63,819 bases of DNA, taken from positions 1,047,431-1,111,249 of the forward strand of contig BFEA01000019.1 of assembly GCA_003427395.1 (NCBI GenBank). The letters run 5' to 3'. The stretch is from Chara braunii (taxonomy: Eukaryota > Plantae > Charophyceae). Of this stretch, positions 12,259 through 24,100 are shown piece after piece. The position numbers were made by a program, and so were the translations under genes. How positions within the stretch are numbered: the first letter of the stretch is position 1; every line of letters begins with the position of its first letter. The notes under the pieces were generated by a model, which was given only the letters and a program-made list of their open reading frames with translations, was not told where the DNA came from and did no database searches.

Positions 12259-15200
12259 ATATATATATATATATTTATTGCACCTTTGTTTTTTTAAGTT
12301 ACGAACTGGGTATGGCATCCCTTACAAAATTAGGTAGGACCTCGAATGGGTAAGGTATCACCGACCAAGCACATAGAGGGCACCACTAAATTTGATCCCA
12401 CTGCTAACTCCACAACCAACTCCACATCCCCAACAACTCAAGAAAATCAACGAAAATCATCATAAAAACATAAGTTATTCCTAAGAAATGAAAATAATAA
12501 GGAATTCACACTGATTAACCCTTATTATCTAATTAATGGAAACAATCACAACAATTCAAACCTATACCTTCCCTTAATGCCTAATTAACAAAAAACATCA
12601 CAAAAATTTTAACTCAACACCTTAGTTTATGACCTGTAGGTTTATAGATTACAACATTTATTATATGAAAAGATTTTTCAGTTCCTAATCTAGATTATAA
12701 ATTTCAACGTGGCCAAACTTAGATGAACAAAAGCGAATACCGTCTAGGATAGTAGGCTCAATGGAGGAGGAAGCATCAAGCCCAACATCTAGGATAATGC
12801 CCACTGACCACACAATGAGAAACAAGCCATCAAACCGAAAGAACGTTGTTGTCATGTGACGACGAGAAAAATTACAGTCACACCAGTCGTGACAACCCTA
12901 ATTAGGTGACCCAATTTTCACCGAGCATGAAGAAGCTTCAAATAACCGTAATTCCACGAACCGTCAACAATTATCGGGACCCATAACTAGAATCGAAGGA
13001 CGACTTACGATGGAATAAAAAATAATAAATTCACATTACTCTACACCTTCTTACATTACCAAATTAACAAAAAAAAATCCATGAAAATTTCAACTGTGTA
13101 CGTTAGTATGGGGCCTATAGGGTTATATATTACATAATTTTTTTTGTACAGAGACTTGTATGTTCCTAATATAATTTATTCAGATGAGCGAAAACCGTCC
13201 ATGATGGTCGACTCAATGGAGAGGAAGCATCAAGCCCAATACCTCGGATGATCCGCGTCGGCCACATGATAAAAAACAGTCATCAAACCGAAGAAAAGCA
13301 GACACAATGCCGCTACACCAACTTGAGTCTTCGAAACCAAACAGTACCGGGATCATTGAAGCAGAAGCAGCCAACAAAGAAGAGTGACCGCAAATCAACT
13401 TCAGCAACTTCAATCTTCAGAACCAAACAATACAACGAACTTCTCTTGTGCTGCTCCAAACAACACGAAAGGAGGTTACCCTACGCTCGCTCCGTATCAA
13501 CGACTGGAGGACAAAACCCTCGATCAACTCCATCAGGTATAGTGGAGGTGCACCAGCAAAACAAAAACCTTAGTGTCATTGCGCTGCCGGTGTGATGCAT
13601 TACGGTGTTATACTAAGCTAACGAGGCAGTGTAATGTGTTAACTCTACGCTGACGCACCAAATTTTATTACACTTTTATACAACATAGTTTTTTATTTGA
13701 TTTTTATTAAAAATAAATTATAAAAAAATCATAAAATAATATTTTTATGCCATAATATATTTATATATATAATATAATATATATATATATATTTTCAAAG
13801 TTTGCTGTAAATTTCGATATGACCCTTATACAAAACTTATTTATATTGGAATACTTGAAAATAAAAAAAACAAATTTAAACACTTTTATATAATATACAT
13901 GCATTGTATTCGAAAATAATGTATGTAAAATTTATTCGACTGTATGTTTTATTCAAAAAATAATCGACGATTTAAGGGACATGTTTTTCATATGTAAGTG
14001 AAATAGAACGTACATATATTTTTTCTCGGGTTGAGATAATAGTCCGAAAGACCTCTTTATCTCAGTACTCTGGGTTTTAAAAGTTAAGATTATTAAAAAT
14101 GACTTACAATAAATCAGTTTATTTTTTGTCATCTCAAATTTATATTGCGTTCGACATGGGTATAAAAATAATACTTGATGGAGTATTGAATGATATTCGG
14201 ACGTCCAACTTGCACTCATCTGTTATGAAGAAATATGAGGAGATGTTTACTAAAAAAAAGTGGTTAAAAATATTTCCAAGTGTGAACCACGCCCCACTGA
14301 TCGTTGTTTTTTATGGTATTTGTATTAAATGTTACTCTGTTTTCACAAAGTTGTTTTATTGGGAAGGTTAGGTTGTTTAGTAAATTAGAAAAATCTCAAC
14401 CTCATTTCATTTGACATTATTTTCATCTTCAAGGACGCGTAAAAATATATATGTTATTCAAGGAAATAATAAAGATTATATATTCTAGATCCACAAAAGC
14501 GTAATCAAGCAATGGTAAAACAATGGTTTATTAAAGCGATCACTGCTATTGAAGGCGTTCACTTAATCTTAATGAGATAAATAATGTTAGCAGGAGTATA
14601 ATTACTGCTTATGAAACAAAATATGTAGTTCTGCTATATGCTTAAATATTTTATGAGAAGACAAACAACATTAAAATTCGAACGGGAAAGTCAAACTAAT
14701 ACAATTTTATCGAGCCTTCAACGGAGAAAGAGGTTGTGAAACAACACTTTTCGATTACCCATTGATTAAATACGAGTCGGACCATCTGTTTGCTATAGAC
14801 ACATCACAAGGTTTATTTAGCATAACCTATATCTAAAAAGATTTACTGATAATATATGACATATAAAAAAAAAGTACAAAATAATATAAAATAAAATAAA
14901 GTAAGGATAAAATTCGTAGGTTGATATCGAAGTGAGACTTTTCGTACTTGTTGAGGTTATTCCACAAGGATGAGGGGAGTTGCTGACCTTAATTGAGACT
15001 AACCCAATTGGAACCTGGTACCAACCTACAACACAAATATATTATAACAAAATGCTTAAACTGGTGGGTATTGAGCATACATTAAATATTTTTTTTTTAG
15101 TAATCGGTGGAAAGGACAATAGTATTGGTTCCCTCCGACCTAGAGACGAATCACACTGTCAATTATTTTGGTCATGGTCAAGTAAGGATATTATGGGCTC

Positions 15201-16758
15201 AGGGTCAAACGCTTTAAACATGTCGCATAGATCTCTCAATCTGGAGATGACAGTATCTTGAAGTTTATTTTCCTAAATACATTTAAAGGACCGAATATAA
15301 ACAACAATAAATATCAAGCCCACTTGTGGTAGTTACCACGAAAAAAATAAATACAGAATACTGGCAAAAAGGCAATGTAAATTTTAAAATTTATGATCGT
15401 TGTCTAAAGAAACATTTAAACAACTTCATCATAAAGATTAACAACTTCATTGTGGATGCTTTCGTTGATGGTCAGAGCCTCGACAGTTTAGTTAGAGGTA
15501 TGAAATTACAACTATCACGCAAACGTTGTAAGTGGTCTTTCGAATCCACCTTACACATATGGTTGTTTTGCCTGCTCTCGAGGAGGTTATGGCTATGAAG
15601 ACGATAATATTATAATGAATTTTACAACGATAACTTTACCTATGACGGAGAATGAGTTTTTTTTTTATAGTGTTTGTGCAATAGCAGGGAATGAAAGACT
15701 AAGGTTATGCTATCTTTGTGGTCAACATCATTATTTTTCGTGTAATACGAGAAAAACAAAATAGTGTGTTTTTCAATATTAAACCTATGTCGAACGAAGC
15801 GCTGAAAGTTAAGGTGAATCATAACATTGCAGTTGTCATTTAGTGCAATTGAGACAAAAAAAAACTTCAAGGAAAAAAATAAGTTTGTAACCTGCAATGA
15901 TTCTATAAGACTTGGGTTGGGAACGAATGATTGACGAAGATGAAAGAGATAGAGTTGATATAGTACCGGTTGTTAAGTACGATGTAAGAAAGATGCTCGT
16001 TCTTTTTCCCACTTGAGGAAGACAATAGTTGGTTGGCAAGTGCGGCGAAAATAAGTGTTAAGATTATACAAAACCATAATCGTCTCCAGAACACCAAACT
16101 GTTTTTCATTAGGTATATTTTTTAAAGGTCTTTCCTCATAATTTTCCGTAGAGGTACTCGTACGTGGCGGTTGTACAATACTATAACTTTTAAGTAGTAA
16201 GCTAGATGATATGTATTTTTTGAGGAAATAATGAAATCTTAATTGCTATAAAGTATAAAACAACTAAAGACTTGCGACTTCTGTAATGAAAGACTTGCAT
16301 GTTTTTTAGGTTGTAAGCTAAGATGAGTAATGTTTCTAGTATGTTTCGAACTTGGACTAATGTTGAGGACCTCAACCTCTAAACGTATATCACCTTCGGT
16401 ACCTTCTAAAAAAACTGGTTGTAGTTAAATTACAAAATTGTTATATCAATGTCGTGCTCTCCCTCAACTAACAAAAATGAATAAAATAATACACGGTAGG
16501 TACTGCCCAACTGTGAAGTACATCCACAAATGTTATAATCATATATAAATGAGCTTTGGATGGTACAACCACTCGATTATCTACTTCTAATAAACATAAT
16601 TGACATAAACATGTTCTGAACAATGTCGTAGTTCAAACCACATCCTTTATAAAGACGTCGACATCGACGCACAATTTTAAATTTTGAGGGGGGGAAAAAA
16701 ACACTACGATTTTTTATTTAAATCACGTCGGTGTTAAAAAATAAAAAAATGACTTGGT

Positions 16759-17507
16759 CAGGGTTGCCGGCGTTCGGGACGGGCCGAACGCCCGAACGTA
16801 CGGGACCCTTTCATAAGGTGTTCGACCATTCACACCGAACGTGGAAAAAATAAATAAATAAATAAATAAAATAAAAAAAATTAAAAAACGAATATGTTAT
16901 GGAGAAAAATAAACTAAAGAACATTTGTCCGGGTATACATCCAAATTCTTCACCAAATTTGAATAAAAAATCAAATACAGAAATAAACACTATGATAAAA
17001 ATAAGAAAAAATAAAAAGAGAATTAAAATGAGTGAGTGTGCCAGCACCTTTTCGACACCGCCATCTTTGCCGATTTTTAATTATTTTTTGGCATTGCCAA
17101 ATGCTCTGAAAATTTACAAATATGTAGTTTACATAATCAATAACTCATTAAAACATTTTCAAAAAATAATAAAAGTTTTTAGATCCCGAAATAAAGTAAA
17201 AACAAAATGTTAAAAGTGAAAAGAAAAACAAAATAGTGAGTGGGCGAGCACGTTTTGACACCCCCATCTTTGACGGTTTTCAATGTTTTTTTGGCTTAGC
17301 AGAATGGTTTTTAAATTTATAGGCGTGTAACTTACATCATAGAGAACTAAAAAAAAACAATTCAGAAAAAAAAACTTATTTTAGGCCCCGAAACAGGTTT
17401 TGGTGGGGGTCGAACCTGGAGGTGTTTGGCCCCCGAACGGGACCCCGAACGCCCGAACGTTCGGGGGCCAACTCGGGGGTCCCTGAACATTCGGTCAGGT
17501 AACCCTG
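16759..17507. mobile_element. Non-autonomous hAT element, 749 bp
   Basis: TIRs CAGGGTTGCC/GGTAACCCTG; 8-bp TSD GACTTGGT/GACGTGGT (1 mismatch); CCGAAC subterminal repeats. Confidence 0.88.
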
Positions 17508-18686
17508 GACGTGGTATTATTTTCGTTTTTTTTTTTTCGGCTGATAGTGCTAACCATTTGAATTTTGTAGTCCGAAACCGAAAACGTTACGAATAATATT
17601 TGTACGACTATTCGTTTTACATGGGGTGCGAGTTGCATTTTAATATGCTGGAATCCTAACTATGGATTTACAAATGTACAGACCTCTCGGAAATGAAACT
17701 CTCCTCCTTAGGTAGTCTCAGGTGCTATCAATTTATTAATTGGTTGAACTAAAGTAACTCGTGTGCAGGCTGGTTCTGACCTTTACATAAAATTTGCCTG
17801 TTTTGTTTGGCGTGAAGGGCAACTATGATTCAGCGACCTATATGTAGAAAAGAGAGCACGACACACATAAAGGTAAATTATGATACAAACAATGACAACA
17901 AATGACACGCATTAAGATTTTCGAATAAACTATCACTCTCCGATTCTATATATTTTTGTTTCTTCCAATAAACCTTTATCAATTGGTAAATCCACGAACT
18001 GTTGAGATTAAAAACTAAGTTTGAATCTAGATAGAATCAGTTGACAAAAACCAAATTTTTAATTACGGGGGTGGATCAATTCAATGAGGAGGGAAAGTGA
18101 ATTATATAAGGTATGGAGCAACTTCCCAAATTACCTTAGTTTCAAGATTATATATTGCGGCTATCGATGTTTTTTTTTTTAATTTTTCAATAAAAAAGGA
18201 AGAAAATAATGAGGAAGTGACACGGTAGGACGAATGAGGGTTCGTCCAAACTAACACTTAAACGAAACCAGGGGGTTCTATGACAGAGTTTTTTCACACC
18301 TGTTGGAGTATCAGTTAACGACTTAAAGGCGATGACTGTTTTATTGGAGGTGGAGAAAAAAACTCACATAGTCACAATTCTTTTTCTTAATATAACTCAC
18401 CATTAGTTGGCCCAACAATCGATTTTGAGCCTGTAGCTATCGGTAGGCTGACCGTTGTCGTGGCTAGCATTACTGGTAGTATCATAGTTTTTTTTTTTTT
18501 AATTATAAAAATATAAAAAAGGAAAAAAATGAATAAAAAAATAAACAATATTCTACAAACAAAAAAAAAGAAACATGAAAACATTACATGCGAGGACATT
18601 TACATGAAAACTGGTAGTATCAACAGTCTGCAGAATCCCCTCACTAATTATACTTTAAATGATAATCTACCTTAACCAAAATCAAA

Positions 18687-18731
<45 letters not shown>

Positions 18732-19803
18732 NGCTGCTAATTGGCGCAACAAACGCGTCGTCCATCCCTCTCTCTCTCTCTCTCTCCTTCCCCCACCGCG
18801 CAGCGATGACTGCTCTCTCTCTCTCTCTCTCTCCCCCCGGACGTTTCGTACAGTGCTGAAACGGGAATGAATCTATCCGCGTTTGCGAAAAGATTCATTC
18901 TCATCCTGCACGTCTCTCTCTTTCTCTCTCACATATACACACTCACAACATGTTCCTTTTTATGTTTTTTTGTTGCTCGGAGTGTTTATTTTATTTTTTT
19001 AATGGTCTTTGTTTTCATTTTTTATTCTTATGAATGCTTGAATTTGCCCGCCCTTTTTGCAGCTACTCCGCTTTGTGCTTGGCCGACCCCCGATAGCTGT
19101 TGCGACCTATATATGGCCCAAGTACTGGTGGTACACTTGATTATAGCCAAAGGCCGGGAAAGGTATTCGCAGTTCCATCAAGCTGCGAGGACATTTGGCA
19201 ACACAGTGGAGTTCCATAGATGAGACTCCCCTAGGGAGAGAAAGGTGGGTGGGGTAGGGTGGCTTCGCTACATCGAAACGGAGCAGAATCGTCTCAAATC
19301 GGTCCATTCGCCCCCCTTCCCCTCTCCTGCCCCAAAAAAGAGAAAATCAGAAGCCAGAAATACTCACTCAATATGGGGCGTATTTTGCCGTTGGATCCTG
19401 AGGAGCTTTTGGAACGCCGCGCTTCTGCGCCTCCGCGCCTTCGACATGACGTGTCTGCGCTCGTCCCTGAACAGAACGCACTGTGTCATGTCATTGTCTC
19501 GGTAACTAGACAGTATTTGTCCCAAATACATTCTGCTGTAATGACCACGTGTTCTATTCGGGGGAAGAGGAGGCAGTACGTACGGGCATAAGTCTGTTCC
19601 GTTGAGGCGGTCTTTCGTCGGTTAGCCCCGTAGCCGGTGGTCGCACGCTTCTTCTCTAGGTAATAGAGCATGACTCCCAGCCTTCGCACGCTTCTTCTCT
19701 ACTGGTAGTAGAGCGGAGTCCCGATCTTCAAAGAAAGAAGACCTTGCAGCCGTAGGATTAATTGTATTTAATTGAATTGAATCTGCGGTGAAAACACACC
19801 ACT

Positions 19804-19973
19804 TCCGGGGGCTCGGTCCCACCTGCGCCTTTCCGTTGTAGGAGGCTACCACGAAACGACTGGCGGGCGTCTAGGGACCGTCGATTGTGTCAATCCATGG
19901 TCCTTAGGCGCCCGCCATTCTCCTCGTGGTAGCCTCCTACAACGAAAATGCGCAGGTGGCACCGAGCGCCGGA
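19804..19973. repeat. ~170-bp imperfect palindrome (fold-back/MITE-like) upstream of the hnRNP gene
   Basis: GCTCGGTCCCACCTGCGC..GTTGTAGGAGGCTACCACGA..TGGCGGGCGTCTAGGGACC..GATTG/TGT/CAATC..GGTCCTTAGGCGCCCGCCA..TCGTGGTAGCCTCCTACAAC..GCGCAGGTGGCACCGAGC. Confidence 0.9.
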
Positions 19974-20814
19974 TTGCCATGTCAAGTCGGCGGGACGGAG
20001 GTCAGTTCGACTGGTGGGTCCTTGTGTGTGGGTCTTTCATGCGGCCGTTGAGGCCACATTACAGCCACAGCGACCGCGCATCCTCTGGTCGTAGGGGTCT
20101 TCCCCGCCGCAAAATTTGCCGCTGGTCGACCCAACGGCGGGTTCGGGCTGGCGCTGTTTGTTGCGTTGGGGGGCGCTGGGCCAGACCCCACTAGCCCCTA
20201 TTGTTCATTTCGGACCGTTGATCTTCATAATCGAGGGTGAAAATGAATAATCCAGGGTAGTGGGATCAGACCCTCTGTCACCTTCCGTCTGGCGGCTTGC
20301 GTGGTTGCCGTGGCGGCTCGTCGTTCGAGCAAGTAAAGGACGGTACTGAAGGTACCAGCAGAAGAGTAATATCAGGGAAGCGACTCAGGACAGGGGACGT
20401 TGTTGCAGTCGCGCGCAGGCGGGGTTACAGCGTAGAAGGCGAGGCGAAGGGAGGGGGGAAGGGCAGGTTCTACTACCTAGCACACAGGAGAGGAGAGAGT
20501 TTGTAGAGCGATTTGGACTCTTTGGACTTTTCCCAGTCTACCAACCGTCTTCCTGCTTGATCCGCGTCCACTCTGAACAAAGCGAGCAGATAGGTCATCC
20601 GAGCGCGAGCGCGTGGGTCTGGGCGGTTGTGTTGTTGTGGTTATGCTTCCCCCGAGGCTGTCCATAAGCAAGCCTGCGTCAGTAACAATTGTTCTGTCTC
20701 ATGTTCATCCTCGGAACCTGAGCGAACCGACCCGCAGCGCGCGTACGAGCTTCGGGTGGCTGTAGCAAGAGGCAGGGCGCTATTCTGTGCTTGCGTATGT
20801 GTGGGCGGCTTGAG

Positions 20815-20816
<2 letters not shown>

Positions 20817-20890
<74 letters not shown>
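20817..20890 (+). repeat. Compound (GT)n(GA)n microsatellite ~110 bp upstream of the ATG
   Basis: Direct observation. Confidence 0.95.
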
Positions 20891-20894
<4 letters not shown>

Positions 20895-20997
20895 GGGGAA
20901 AGTGTGGGAGAGGAGAAGCGAGTATACGGTAGCGAGAGTCGGAAAAGGAGGACAGGTTCTACGTGCAGAGCAGTGAAGGAAACGGTGTGTCTTAGCG

Positions 20998-21140
20998 ATG
21001 GCCGTTAAGAAAAAGGAAAAGATGGAGCCGGAAGAGGAAGTACCTGATAGCATGCAGGGGGACGAGACGGAGAATGAAGATAAGGTAGACAGAGGAGCGT
21101 CTCCAGATGGAGGACAAGCAGGCTCGAAGTCAAGTTCAGG
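20998..21140 (+). CDS. hnRNP/RBGD-like gene, coding exon 1 (acidic N-terminus)
   Basis: ATG at 20998; donor GG|GTTAGT at 21141; phase 2 matches exon 2. Confidence 0.8.
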
Positions 21141-24100
21141 GTTAGTTTACCGTGCAGCCATCTTGAGAACTAGAAAAGGCAGAAGTTGTATGTCGGTCTT
21201 TGCTGATTGTTCAGATTTTGGCTAAGGTAGCCACCAGTGTGATTAGTGTATCTGCTAGTATATATGTGCTGTGCTAGTGCTTTCGATAGCTGTTGCTTTT
21301 TGTAGCCGATGTGGTCTCTCTTTGTCCTGTTCGGCTTTGGCTCGTTCCTAAGTGGTTCGTTCTCGTCTAGATCGTTTGCTATAGAATGTATTGTGCTAGT
21401 CTTTGATAGCTGTTGTTTGTCTAGCCGATGAAAGGTGTTGTCGTTTTCGATCAATTGGTTTTTACTTATCTCGGGTCCGAGGATTTGCTAGGAAAAGAAG
21501 AGATGATCTCGGTCGTTGTTGGCTAATTGGTATATATATGTCGGTCGTTTTCGGTTAATTGGTTTATATGTCGGTCGTTTTCGGTTAATTGGTTTATATC
21601 TCGGTCGTTTTCGGTTAATTGGTTCACATATGTCTCGGTCGGTCGTTTTCGGTCAATTGGTATACATTGTATATATCGGTCCGTCGTTTTCCTTTCGTTG
21701 GTTATTCCGGTCGTTGATGCAGTCTATTGGCTTTGATTGTAGATAATGATTCTTAGGGTGCGTATCTAACACTTAGTCCTTATTCGACCTTATTATCCTG
21801 ATAGAGGCAAGATCTTCATCGGCGGACTATGCTGGGAGACGACGACAGGTGCGTTTCTGATAACCCCTCCCTTCCTTTCTCCATCTATCCATCAAAACTC
21901 TCATCACTCCCTTTTTCACCCCTATTTGTATTTGTTTGCCTCCCCTTCGTCTGGTTCCCCATGTTTCTGCCCCCCCTAAACACTTTCATTTTTTTCCCCC
22001 CTTTGTATGACTGTTGCTCTCCATTCCCCGTCCCTCTCCGTTTCATATCTCTATTGTTTCTCTTTCGTTGTGTTCCAATCGCTCTTCCCATCATTCGCCC
22101 TCCTCCTCCCTTCCTCTCGCCGCCTCTCTTCCTTTCCGTCTTCATTGTCTTCCTGCCTCCCTGACGACCCCTTCCTCCCCTCACTTGCTCTCTTATACAC
22201 CGTGGCGTCGGTACCTCTGTTTTCTACCTCACTAGTTCTCCCTCCCTCTCTAGTTCTTCCTCCCTCTAGTTCTCCCTACCTCTCTAGTTCTCCCTCCTAG
22301 TTCTCTCCCTCTGGTTCTTACTCTTCATGCCCTCTTTAGTTCTCCCTCCCTCTCTAGTTCTCTGCCTCTGCTTCTTACTCTTCATGGGTCTCACTCTGTT
22401 GCTTCAGGTTCCGGTGTTTCACTCACCGCCCGTCTAGCACGTTCCCTCCCTGGGTCTCTTTCCTGGCCTCTCCTCACCTGAAAAAAAGTCTTATTCCTGA
22501 TCTTAGTTTGAGAATCTTCTCGTCTTCGGTATTATATATATCTCTTATGTATTTTTTGTTCTTGGAACTAGGTTTTAATTACTACCCCTCGTTATTGTAT
22601 TCCTCTCGTGTTGTTGTAGTGCATATGTTGTAGTGTTCCATGTGCTATATCGAAGTCTCCCTGTTTATCATTATTAGCCCTTGCTGCCTGTCGTATGTGG
22701 TCCGTCTCTCCGTTTTCATGTTTCCACTCCTCCCGGCTCTTTGTCTCTTTCATAACTTCGCATTTTGCGTTATGTCCTTTCTTTTACCTGCACGTTGGTA
22801 TCTTGATGAGTGTGGTTCTATCTTGTTCTCTCTCTGCGTTTCGCTTGTCTTTCTAGTCCTTTTGTTTGTTCTCTATCTTTCTCCATCCTGCAGCCGCACA
22901 TACCGTGCGTCAATTCTGCCACGCAGCGCCCCTCGTTTCTCTTGGTGCCGTCACACTGCTGATGCTGCCCGCGCCTTCACCCCTGACATGACCAACCGAA
23001 CTTGCGTGCCGATGATGTCATCCATTCTGCTGCAGCCTCGCACAAGTCCTTCCCCACCTCTCGTCTTGGTGCACGTGTTTCACGTCGTCCTATACCCTTG
23101 TTATACCGCTGTACCAGGTAACGTCAGGTTTTTGCGACTTCTATGACATTTCTACCTTTTCGCCCTCGCGTCCTATCGCTATTGTCTTGCCTTATCTTAC
23201 GCAACTGCTTGTCCGTCCCTCTTCGCCGTCTTTCGTCCATGTGCACCACGTGTTTCACATCGTATTACATCCGAATCACGTCCAGGTGCACGTGTTTCAT
23301 ATCATATTAAATCTGTATCACATCGTATTACGCAACAGCTGGTCCGTCCTTCTTCCCCGCCTCTCTTCAGGGTGCACGTGTTTCACATCTTAATAAAAAC
23401 CGAATTACGTCCTACTGTACCAGGTTACGTCATGTTTTTGCACCTGATGTTATGGCACTCTTCTCATTTTCGGGCTCGCGTCCTATCTCTGCTTTCTGAC
23501 GTCTCGATGCACATGCGTCGATGCCTGCTGTATCTTCTTCGTAACGCCTTATGTCCCGCTGTACAGCTCCACAGACCCGACTCATCTCCCTCGTCAACGG
23601 CCTCTCACGAAGTAATGGCCGTTTGCACCGCTGCATACGCCTTTCCTCCCGCTGTGGCGACTTCTCTGTAGCCATGCTTTGGTATCTCCGTTTAATGTTC
23701 CACTTCTTCTTCCAAATGTCTTTCGCTCCTCGAGTATCTGTCCTCTCAGCTTCGTCTTCTACGCCTGAGATCCACTCTTTGCATTTCCATGCCGGGGTTC
23801 GTCTTCTTGCAATGATTTATATGTTTTCTCATGGCTTCTTCCGTATCTTTCTGCCTGCACTTCGTGTCTCTTGGCGTTTTACTCATCTTCCTTCTCATGG
23901 CTTCTGCCGTATTTTTCTGCCTGCTCTTGCGTGTCTCTTGGCGTTTTACGAATCTTCCTGCCTGCTTCACACGTTTTCTTATGTTGTGTTTCTTTTTATT
24001 TTGCTGTTTTTTGGTTCTCATCTGGATCAGGCATCCGTTTCTCCGTCGCCGCCGGTCTACCGTCAGCCCACTTGGTCGCTGTTTACCTGAGCTTAGTCTC

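Noticed and set aside
11048-12318. Long ORFs of 330-390 aa here and at 55220-56288
   Set aside because: Composed of X residues from N gaps
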